Position numbers and translations under genes: made by a program
The notes under the pieces: model-generated
Seen by the model: the letters and a program-made list of their open reading frames with translations, nothing else
Databases searched by the model: none
What the model was told of the DNA's origin: nothing
NCBI GenBank assembly: GCA_040954595.2
Contig: CM082593.2
Span: 8,096,043-8,160,042, forward strand
Source of the DNA: Balanoglossus misakiensis
Taxonomy: Eukaryota > Animalia > Hemichordata
DNA: 64,000 nucleotides
Direction of reading: 5' to 3'
Shown: positions 26,701 to 38,700 of the stretch, piece by piece
Numbering within the stretch: the first letter of the stretch is position 1
Layout of the letters: each line of letters begins with the position of its first letter

Positions 26701-29700
26701 TTTGATTCTAAAAGCCACAAATATAAATTGACCAATGAAGAAGCTTAAAATGAGCATTTAAAATACATGTATCTATATATAGAAATAATAAACGATAATA
26801 CTGATATGATGTTTTGTTAAACCCTTCTTGCAGACTTGTTACTTATTTCTGGCATTTTTCTCAATTAATATTTCTGTGATGGCTGTTGCTACGGTAGATG
26901 ACATTTTGTCAAATAGTGGGTACATGTAAACGACAGTGTTTCCATCCAATGGTAGACTGCTGGAAAATGGATTTTGGTTGTTGACTTATCACCATAGCTA
27001 CCTTGATGCCCCATCTGGTAAAATTGGAAAAGTCATAGTGTAATGAGGATACAGCTTTTTGTAGTCATTTCATATATTTTTAAATAATTCCAAATTACCC
27101 CTTGAAAATTTAAAAAGGGCCCCTTATTATGGCATTCCCAAATGAAAAACTCTACAGGTGTAGCATACTGTACAACAGGTTATTTTCGCAAGTAATAAAT
27201 TTTCGCGAAATACATTAGAGCCAAACAATTGGGAAAAGAAAAAGTCGCGTAGAATGTTTTTCGGAGATAACGATGTAGTTAGTGAAATACGAGAACGCCA
27301 AAATTAATCCTCACGTAACAGTTACCTCTTTTGATATCGCAAAAAATTTCCTGTCACAAAAATAACCCGTTTTTCATATTGCTGCAGTGATAGATGGTGG
27401 ACATATACATGTACCAGAGTAAAAAATTATATTTAGAAAACTAACAGAAATGTTTAATTTTTTACTTTTTTATGCATATTTAATGTGATATTTGATGAAA
27501 CATGGTAATTCTTATTCCTAAGCCAAATTTGAGATTAATGGTCGACCGAGTGAACTGTACTAGGGATATAGGGTACTGGAAGTCTCCATCTCGATTGAGT
27601 ATTATTAGTTTGACAGATTATTACATCGGTTGTCAAGTGCTCTCATCGAAGTAAATTACAGATCAGATTAGTTCCAGTCAGTTCTTCCCACTATGGCCTT
27701 GCAGGCGTTAGCAGATACTTGCAGATGAGATCACTGATCTGAGAAGATTTTTATGATTTTATAGTTTATAATGACCAGGGTTTGATTAAATTGTTTTGGT
27801 TGATTACTTACCCAGTCGGTTGATGACTTTGATGAAAAGCGGTCAGGTTAACCCTTTCACCACAATGGTTTAGTCCAAACCCATTGTTTTCTATGGTAAG
27901 GTTGGACCTTTAAAGAGGGAACCGGGGGTGAAAGGGTTAATAACTTGAAGACATTCTTCCTGAGCAATCTATTGATTTTTTATTCTCTCATAATCATATT
28001 CACATTTCTGTTTTACCCACAGGACATGTTGGTGTATATTATCGGGTATGTATCTATTTTCATAAAGTCTTTGTCACATAAGTCATGCTAAAATTTTCAG
28101 GCCTCTTTGACTATAAATGCAGATTTTTCACCAAAAATTCATATAAAATAATCATGGGTATAGACAATGATGTAAATGGTCCATTGTTCCAATTTAGACA
28201 ATTAAATTTATTATCAGGTATATACAGCTAAACAAATGTAAAAATATTGGGGTAATTTTTGACTAGCACACCATTAAGACGGTTCTGAAGCGTCTCAGAT
28301 TAAAAACCGTCTTTAAAAATTTGTGGACGGTGTACTTAAGTGTCCTGAAACGTCTCAGATTTGAGACGGCTTTGCCGGCCAGACCTGAGCCGGTGTAAGG
28401 ATTAACACCTCTCCGCAACCCATTGTCTATGGGGCCAGGCCTCAGCGCCTAAATATAAACTTTGTGTGTGTGGACACAACGCGACTCAAAGGATTAATGC
28501 TCTGTGTTTACCATAGGCAAATATTGTCTCAAATTTTACCCTGTGTGAACCTGGTATTAAAAATGTTAAATTGTTTGAATGTGTCAGTAGATTTACAAAA
28601 CTGACAAGGAGTTTTTATCTGTCTCAGCTGTGATTAAAATCCTTTACATCTGTTACAAAAGAGTAACAGGCTAGGTTGTTTTTTTTTTAAATCTGATTAA
28701 ATGATTGAAGGATTATATTTAGTGTATTGCAATTTTCATCAAAACAAGCTTAAACGTCAAACTCAGTTGTATCAAGGAAATTATGGGAACACTTATTTTT
28801 TGAGCAAGCACCACACTCCTTCCTGAAATGTCTCAGCTCAAATGCTGACATAAAATATTATTTGTGAATGGTTCTAGTGGTCCTGGAAAATTTCAGATTT
28901 GAGACAGATTTGCTGGGAAGACCTGAGCTGATGTAAGGATTAACACCTTTCCGCAACAGGCTGCGTGTATGGGACCAAGCTGCTTTAACTTTAGTGTGTG
29001 AGGGACACAAAGCAACTCAAAAGATTTTAATCCTATGTGTTTACAGATGATGCTGACTTTTACCAGGTTCACACAGGGTAAAATTCGAAATGTTTCAGAG
29101 ACACTATTTGCCTATAGCAAACACAGAGCATTAATCCTTTGAGTTGCGTTGTGTCCACACACACAAAGTTAGGGTTAGGTTCTAAGCGTTGAGGCTCGGC
29201 CCCATAGACAATGGGTTGCGGAAAGGTGTTAATCCGGGTATGGTGCCTCATCAGCCTCATGGCGTTTCGTCTGCACAGTCTTTGTCTACACCACGTTGAT
29301 GAAGTTGCCGGTCATCTGGAAATTTGAATGCCAACGTAACTGCCGCCTGAGCGCGTCTGACGTCATTTGATATCGAAGACTACAAGCTTAATGAGTGTAT
29401 TAAAAAGCAAATTCATTGTCATCATTAGGAAGTGCATTATTTGATGTAACCTTCATTTCATTTTTTTTTATTTTCATATTTTCATGACAACCAGGGAGGT
29501 GCATTGCTAAGTCAGACCAGTGGCCCAGGTTACCACATTATGATGCCATTTTTGACATCATTCAGGACAGTGCAGGTAATCACATCCAAATGGAATATTT
29601 TTATCTAATAACTTTTAGCACATGAAAATACAGGTATGTGTATCAAGAGTGTTTTTTGAAATATTATGCCATTAGGATGTATATGCACTTGGAGAAAATG

Positions 29701-32700
29701 CTGACTAGGCATTTTTCTTCATTTCGTAATTACGTTCATAGCTCAGTTAACCCTATCATCACCATGGTTTGGTCCAAATGCATTGCTTTCTATGGTAAAA
29801 TTGGACATGTATAGAGGGAAATGGGGGTGAGAAGGGTAGACTCTAATCTAGCTGGAATGAGATCCCCTATAAAATTTTATTACAGATATTGATAAAACTT
29901 ACATGTTTAAGAAATTGTCAAATAAAAGAAATGACAATCATCAAATAAAATGATTGACTATACTTTCAATTATACCGATCATACATCCTGAAAGTGAATT
30001 TTTTAAAAGACATGATATTATCATTTGTGGTTCAAGTATAGTGATGTTGGTTGATATTTGATATATCGGTGCTATTTTTATGATGCACATATCATAGTCA
30101 TCTAACATATTGAACTGGCTTTGAATGTCTTATGTATGCCTTGGTATAGCTGCAACATTCATTTTTTTTCACAATGGCACCTCTGTTGACAGCGTGTGAA
30201 AGATTGACATAATGACGACAAGACTGTCGTCTGTACAACACTTGTCATCAAAATTGATCTACTTCTGTGGAAAATGAGTGTTTTCATTGCTGGCAATATT
30301 TGAATGTTCAAATATTGACTGGTGGACATTCCTTAATGAGACCATTTAATTATTATACAAAGCAAGAAGTTGGCAAATATTATATTAAGCTTATGGAAAG
30401 GCTTGCCACCCACATTTAAAAAGATAGCCCACTCTGGTTCATTCATAAAACACGTTTTCATGAGTGCCCCAAAGACAGCTTTAAAAATGTTTTGTGTGAT
30501 GTAAATAGTTAAATCTGACTCATTTGTTTGACTTTAGATTGTATAAAGTGTATGGTCTCTTATAAATGTTTGTTGGGCAACTATCTGTCATTTCTGGCTA
30601 CTTTTACAGTATTTTTCATTTGTGTATCAACTATATTTTTTCTAGTTCTCTTCCCAACAATGTATATAGTAAAATCGTTCTAAACCGAACCCTGTCTAAT
30701 CTGGAAACCTGTCTATACCGAACACATTTTCCTGTTCCTTTGACATAGAACCACATGTTAGAAGAACCTCTCTATATTAAGAAACCGGACACCTCTGCAA
30801 ACCGAACAATTTCTCCAGGCCTTTTGGTGTTCAGTTTAGACAGGTTTTACTGTCACTACCATTATCTCTTATGGGCTGAGTAAGCTGGCTTTAGATAAAA
30901 TTTAATAATGATAACGTTGAGATTTTTTGTGTGTGAGTGGTCTCTGCCACTAATTCATGCAATATCCTATGTATATGAGTATCATTAGTGTCCTATTCAG
31001 TGTTATATGCCAAAGCATGTCTCTGCAATATCATTTGAATTTTCAACCAGATTTCTAACATGGATGTTCCAGACGTTCAAAGAGACCATGCTTGAGAAAA
31101 CTGATATGATGATATTGCATTTGCAATGAATCATCATGACGTAAGATGTAGAACACCTTACTACATGTATATGCATTCTTTTCATTTCAGTATTTGTGAG
31201 ACTCAGGCCCAATTTTAAAATCTTTGAAGGGCCCCCTAGCACATGCATGCAACCACTGAGACATCTAAACAGATGTAGTAATACATGTAGAAGCAAATGA
31301 CCTTGATATACAATATGTCAGATTTAATCTTTTTATACACTAGATTAATTTTAAGAGGATAATGGTCTAATAAATCAAGTTGATTGGACAGTGTAATTGG
31401 CCAGCTAAAGTAGTCGTATTTGAACGTGTACAGTTAGTGGTATTATTGCCATCAGAGATCCAACTGTTTATTGAGTTCACAGAGTTGCTTGATACAAAAT
31501 TGTATGATATTACAGGGATGTCGAAAATAGCTGGCAGCCAGTAAAAAGTAACGATTGTCAGGGGAAAAAAATCCAGCAGTGAAAATGACTAATTCAATGG
31601 ACCTTTTCAGAAATGAATGTGCACACTGATTCTTGTAATGGCCTTCGCTTTTATTTTTCCACCCGTAAGAAATTTTGTCTTCATCCTAGACTCTATGGCA
31701 GTCGCTGTGCCTGTCGATAAAGAATGGAACTTTCATCATACAACGTACGACGCACCGCCAGGCAAAGCGACTGTACTTTTCTGTACACATATATTTGATA
31801 TGAATATTCATGAGTAATCGGAGGGGCGGGGTTAATTTGCTTATGGGATGTGCAGAAGCGCACACAAGCTCGCGATAACACTCAAACTGTACGTGGTATG
31901 TACGCGTATAGAACATCATGTGGACGCGACGCTAATTTGATTGACAGACATATGAGGTTCGAATGTTCTCTTCTACTTACCAAAATCTGGTAATACCATT
32001 TCAATGAGGGCATTTACAGAATTGGCAAGACTGTGTGATTAGCGTCGCGTCCACAGGATGTTCTATATGTAACTCGGACGCGCATTTCGGTACCACTCAG
32101 TCTTGGAGCAAGACTATCGTCATCCATGTGTTTTCACTTGCATACTGTGTGATTGTTATCGTATAGGCTAAATGAAAAATATTTTATCTGATAAACTCCT
32201 ACATCACTGGCTCTCATTACAACAATGCAGCCATGATACAGTACCACAGAACCGAAAATTACGTGACTATCACCAACGGACATTCAAAACTGGTCTTCTG
32301 TAGGATTATGTTTTGAAATTTTATAGGAGAGCCTTTTGATGTACAGTCAAACCTGTGTTAGTGGCCACCTCTGTATAGTGGCCACTTTGGTACAGTCCCT
32401 ATGCAATAAACATGTACATTAAAGGGACAAAGTCTCTCTCTTACTGCCTTTATCTCATTAATTATGTTTGATACAAGACACCGTTTATGTTATTTAACAT
32501 GTGGATATATGGTGAATCAACGTTTGACCACACACAACTTCCATTCTGTTTGTAGGATATGAGAGTAAAAATCTCGCCAAAATTTGAGTATTTCTGAACA
32601 TTTCTCTGAGTCAGCCCTATTCCTTTGCATGTTTTGTGGAAAATGTTCTCGAGTCACCAGTGAGTTTGTTGAGTCAGTGACGCGGCATGCAGGCGTAGAG

Positions 32701-35700
32701 GGCGCACTACTGCTGGGCATTTCTAGTGTCTCTTCTCCAGCTGTGGTTCTAATACATGCACAATCAAGCGTGCCGCTGAAAATCTTTCAAAGAATTCACA
32801 AAGCCGGGTGTAATCTGCAAAACTTCTGTTGATTCGGCAAGGATTTTATAGAAATAGTCCGAACAACCTGCAACCTACTAATAGCATAAAAGTCTCTCTC
32901 TTGCTGCCCTTTTTCCATTTATTATGTTTCATACAAGACACCGTTTATTTTATTCTACATGTGGATATATAGTGAATCAACATTCGATCACACACAACTT
33001 TCATCCCATTTGTAGGATATGAGAGGAAAAATCTCACCGAAATGAATAAACGGCAGAGAGCGATTATTCATTTTGGCGAGTTTTTCACTCTCGTGTCTAC
33101 AAGTGGGATGGAAGTTGTGTGTGGTTATACGTTGATTCACTATATATCCACATGTAGAATAACATAAACGGTGTATTGTATCAAACATAATGAATGGAAA
33201 AGGGCAGCGAGAGAGAGACTTTGTCCCTTTAAATGTTAAATAATCATGACGCTATTTATATTTGCATATAAAAATGCCAAAATTATGGAATGACCGTGGT
33301 GATGTGCAGTCTTTATCACCAAACAGACTGTAGTGTTGTCATAAAAAAATCAACCATTCCAGAGAGATAGACTGGTACTACATAACCTCTTATCAGAGAA
33401 CAAACTCTAAGAATTATCATTCACTTTATAGACTGAAAGTGAAGTGGTCGTCATGCCGTGCTTGTGCGTGTTGGTGTCCCCCCCTTGTGTGACAATATGT
33501 CACAGATTGCCACGGCAACAGATAATAATTCAGTGAGTTTCAACGACAGTACAGTTTCAACTATAATGGTGACAGTACCTGTTGTATGCCAGAGAGAATG
33601 GTATCAGAAGGACTGACATGAGACGACATTACAATAGTGACAGTATGAGACATCAAAACAAAAACAGACTCAGTGCGCAAGTGCAGCCTGATGACTGATG
33701 CACATGAAGTAATACTCTATCAGCAGAAATGTGAGGCGGTTTAAAAAAATGTATGTTCCATGTTGACTATGAACCAAAGACCAATTTGAAAAAAAAACAT
33801 CGAATTTTTCATCTTTCTGTTTCTTGAAACAGCACTAAGACTGCGTATGCTGTTTTCAGACCATGATGATTTTTCAGAAGATGCATGATGTGAATGTGAA
33901 TGATCTTGAAGTTGACCTTGACTGCAACAAATTGATTGTCTTGAAAATTGACAATCACAGCAGGTTGTAATTGTTGGCCTATGTTATTACTGATTTGAAA
34001 GTAAAATCAGAAATTACGGATCAAGGACTTGTTTTTTTGCCATTAGTGGAGAAATAATATAGATGTGTACAGTAAATGCTTTCTTTAGTCAAATTGAAGA
34101 TTTACTTTTCTGACATGGTATGAAATGGTTGCCATGGTGACTAGCTGAGCAGCCTTTTAATAATTTGCTGATATATACTTGTAAGCTCTGACATGTAATA
34201 ATTGTAATAATACAACTATTATTATTAAGTATAATTTATGTGAAATTGTATTTGACTATTAAAATGTGAATTATTATCCCTCACAAGTGAAAAGACCAAG
34301 GACACATTATATCAATATAGATGGGGACTCAGTGAGTGACATGTGTATTGGACGAGCCAAGGCGAGTCCAGTACATCACTCACCGAGTCGGTGTAGTGTT
34401 ATCTGCACAAATCGTATGTGTTGAACATTAAAATGAACGTAGTAACTAACTTATCATCATGACAATGAGACCATGTGTATGTGTATGTGGTTCTTATTCA
34501 AAAGTGCCAGTGTTTAATGAATCATCGTCACTGATTTAGTTTATATATCCCATAACTGGAACTTCCTGAAATGCCTTTGATTTTGTTCTTGTATGCTGGA
34601 CATGTTGGAACAAATGCTGACCATCATAATTTCTTTGCAGACAACTCTACAGACAGACGAAGTGAAAAATGTTCCCTGTGGTACCAGGTGAGACAGTTTA
34701 TTCAATGGCTATTTTCTTCAATTGAGTTTTATTATGATGTTTGTTTTGCCAATTGCGAAATTTGTATCATTCGTTCAGTAGTCAATCTTTCAAGTCACCA
34801 GCTGTTTTCAATTGGTGTGTTTTCATATAGTAGCTGCTAGACCAAGTTTCTGTTTGTGTTACCAGTATTGATGTGGACTCTGATCACAAAAATGTTGTTA
34901 AATTTGATTTTAAAGTTTGACTTGCGTTTTTGTTACATTGCAGTGGTGGGGTCATGATTTACTTTGATAGAATAGAGGTAGTCAATGTTCTAAGTTCTCC
35001 TGCTGGTGAGTTATTTAAACTTTGTGAAATATGCCCTCAACAAGTATCTTTTGTGATGCTTTTGTTTTTATGTGTGGGCTAAATATTGTATAGCTGCACA
35101 TTTACTTTGCTGTTGACTGTCTTCCAATTTATTTTTGATTATTCCTGACATGATATATCAAAGACATATATTGCGGCCATATTGCATTTTATCTGTGAAA
35201 TTAACAAAATGTTTTGAGTAACATATATACCAATAATCCACATTCATGCATGCAGGTTTATGTGCTAAGATCACATGCAAGTTTTGCCCAGTAAGAATTT
35301 CAAAGCACTTTCAAATAATAATTTGTTGGATTATGAATGTAAGATTGTATGTTTTTATTTCCAACAGTTTTTGATATTGTGAAGAATTACACAGCAGATT
35401 ATGATAAGACGTTGATCTTTAACAAAGTTCATCATGAACTCAATCAGTTTTGTAGTGCTCATAATTTACAAGAAGTCTACATTGAGAAGTTTGGTAAGTT
35501 CATTGGATTTATACAAACAATTCTTGTATTTTCTAAAGCTCCAATATCTGTATCACCATGTTTAGTATTTTTGTTTTATGTATATGTACAGCAGTTTCTT
35601 GTTACACTCCCTGAAGTTCATGTACATTTACCTTAAGTTTACAATATGACATGGAGTTTGTGTCCTAAGCTTTTATTTTTCCTCTCAGATCAAATTGATG

Positions 35701-38700
35701 AAAACTTGAAGATAGCCCTTCAGAAAGATCTGACAGAGATGGCACCTGGACTAATAGTGCAAGTATGTGTAGACAACATGAACCATGTTATCATACAAAA
35801 TCTGGTGCCTCAAGCATGTTGCCAGTCTGACATCTTTTAAAGGGGCAAAGTCACTCATTTTTGACATCATTTCAGTTTAGTTTCTTGTGAACTATTGTTT
35901 GTATTGTTCTGCTCACTGAAATCTGGGTGTGTGAGAATGAGAGAGAGATTTCTTTTCTCGATCTTAATTACTAATTCATCGTAAATAAAAATCACCAAAG
36001 CTCACCTTGGATATTTCTCACTAACTTTGTTGCCAGGCAGTGAGAGTGACCAAACCAAAGATTCCAGAACAGATCAGGAAGAACTATGAAGCTATGTAAG
36101 TATATCCCAGGCCAAGGGGTAGTTCTGGTCACATGACCCACCAAACCTATACTTTTAAAGCCTTACAAATATGCAGGATTGAAAAAGGCAAAGAAGGAAT
36201 ATTCTATCACATTCAAGTAGTTTATTTTCACTGTCTCTCCTTTTGATTCTTGTTTTTGTTTTGATGAGCAGTTGTCTGTTGTGACCACTTGGTAGGTGTG
36301 TCCCTGACTGAAAGAAGTTGCTTGTCATATGTGTTTGTACAAACAATTTTTGTTCAAAAATCAATTTTTCTAGCACTGCTTGTAAGATTGCCATGACATA
36401 CTGTAAAACACTTTATTTTCGAGAGCAATAAATTTTCGCGAAATACGGGAGAGCCAAAATAGCGAGAAAATAAAAAGTGGCGTGAATTTTTTTATGCAGT
36501 GAATGAAAAAAGAGAATGCGAAAATTTATACTGACGAAACAGTGGCCTCTTTCGATATCGCGAAAATTTCAAATTGTGAAAATAAAGTGTTTTACAGTAT
36601 GACAGTTTATTGGGCTGTGCCTAGTTAATTTTTTTACATTTTCATATTAACAAAAGTTTAGGTCATATCTGTTTGCCAATGTCACCTGTGATTTTTATTC
36701 TGTGTATTCCTATTTGTGTGTAATCCTCAAATGTGACCACAGTGTCCTTGACACTTTGTTTACCGTTTCAACCTTAACTGGCTTTAATAACCAGTGGTCA
36801 CCCTCTATTTTATTACTGTTCAGGGAGGCTGAGAAAACCAAACTCCTGATTGCTCACCAGAAACAAAAGGTGATCGAAAAAGAAGCAGAGACTGAACGGA
36901 AGAAGGCCATCATTGAAGCTGAAATGGTTGCCCAGGTAACCCAGATTCAGTATGAGATGAAAATCAAAGAGAAAGAGAGTGAACAAGCAATAGCATTAAT
37001 TGAAGGTAAGAAATAACAAACGACATTCTATAAAATTTAATTGAAAAATGTTGCATATTTCAGCAGTGAAGACTCTATATAATACACATATGTTTTTAGT
37101 TAGTATGGTCAAGTAAATTCTTTGTTTTGCGTCCAAGTGCACATAGACCAATTTGAGGATAGGGTATCTGCAATGCAGGATGGTATAATTTGCGTTCAAC
37201 ATGGGGGTTAGTACATGGCTAAGTTACCAATCAGAACGCAAACTGTTCCACAACCCCCTTCATTATTCTTTCCACGAAATGATCTATAGGCTTTCAGAGG
37301 TTTTGAGAAAAAAAAAACTTTTCTTGATGTGTACATAGTATAAGTGTCAATCAGTTTCTTTAATTTGTACCTAATGAAACATGGAAGTTGATCAGACACT
37401 ACTTGTCAATAGTGAAAACAATATGTTCTGGGAGATTTTGTTTCCCAGCTGTAGATGATAGTGGATAGCATAGCAGGTAATCTTTTTCTAACATACGCAG
37501 AAGCTGTCATAAAAACTTATCAACGTCAGGGCATTTTTAAATGACCAGTTAAAATAAGGTATAATTTTATGATAAAACTCCACTCATATTTTCATCCCAA
37601 TAGATGAAACATACCGTTCTCGTGTAAAATCACGAGCAGATTCAGAGTACTACGCATCCCAACAAGAAGCACAAGCCAACCAGGTAAGGGACGACATCAG
37701 AAGCTTCTAAGTCGGATAAAATTGGAAATTCTTTATTAAGGGACAAAATCTCTCTCGCTGCCCTTTTTCCATTAATTATATTTGATACAAGACACCGTTT
37801 ATGTTATTCTACATGTGGATATATAGTGAATCAACGTTCGACCACAGACTACTTCCATCCCGTTTGCAGGATATGAGAGTCAAAATCTCGCCAAAATGAA
37901 TAAACGGTAGAGACCGATTGAACTTTTAGCGTCACCCCTATCTGTGCACACACGTTGAACGCCCTCTAGTGACGAAGTGTGGGCTCCATTTGTCTTTAAC
38001 TACAACTACTGTTAAATTAGAGCAGGTTTATAAATCTGCGAAAATGAACATTTAAAAAGTCTGTTGCTGAAGAAATTTGTGGATTTTATAAATCCAGTGT
38101 TTGTTCAAAGCATAGACTGATATAGTAATTAACAGTTGATGATACCACATAGCAATAATGTCTTCAGTTGTCAAAATATAGCGCTACATTTGAAAAATAA
38201 TCCATATTTATTTACAACAAAGCTTAAGAGGCTTGTATAAGATTATTAGCCAAACTATCCATAAAGCATTTTTTAGCATTTTCATATTTCAGAGTTAGAG
38301 GTCATATACTCTACTTTTTGCATTTAGTATTTTTTTTTGACTATATTGGGGTTTTTTTATTTAGGTAATTTTGACACCACAATACCTTGAGAAGGTGAAA
38401 TATGAAGCAATTGCAAGAACCACCAAAGTCTACTTTGGAGAGAAAATACCACAGATGTTCTTTGATTCATTTAAAACAGACAACAAAGTAAGTACATGTT
38501 AATATAGCATTAGTTGATTAAAGGTACACAGTCACCTCCAATTTACATATGCCCATATATGGCTGAAATGGAGTATTTGAGCGTTCTAAAGAACATATGG
38601 TGGCGGTGTTTTTATCGCGTGTGCCACCCACTGAATATCTGTGATTGGCTAGATCTCATTTTGCCATGGTAACTATGGCTTATTTTCCATAGGTGACCGT

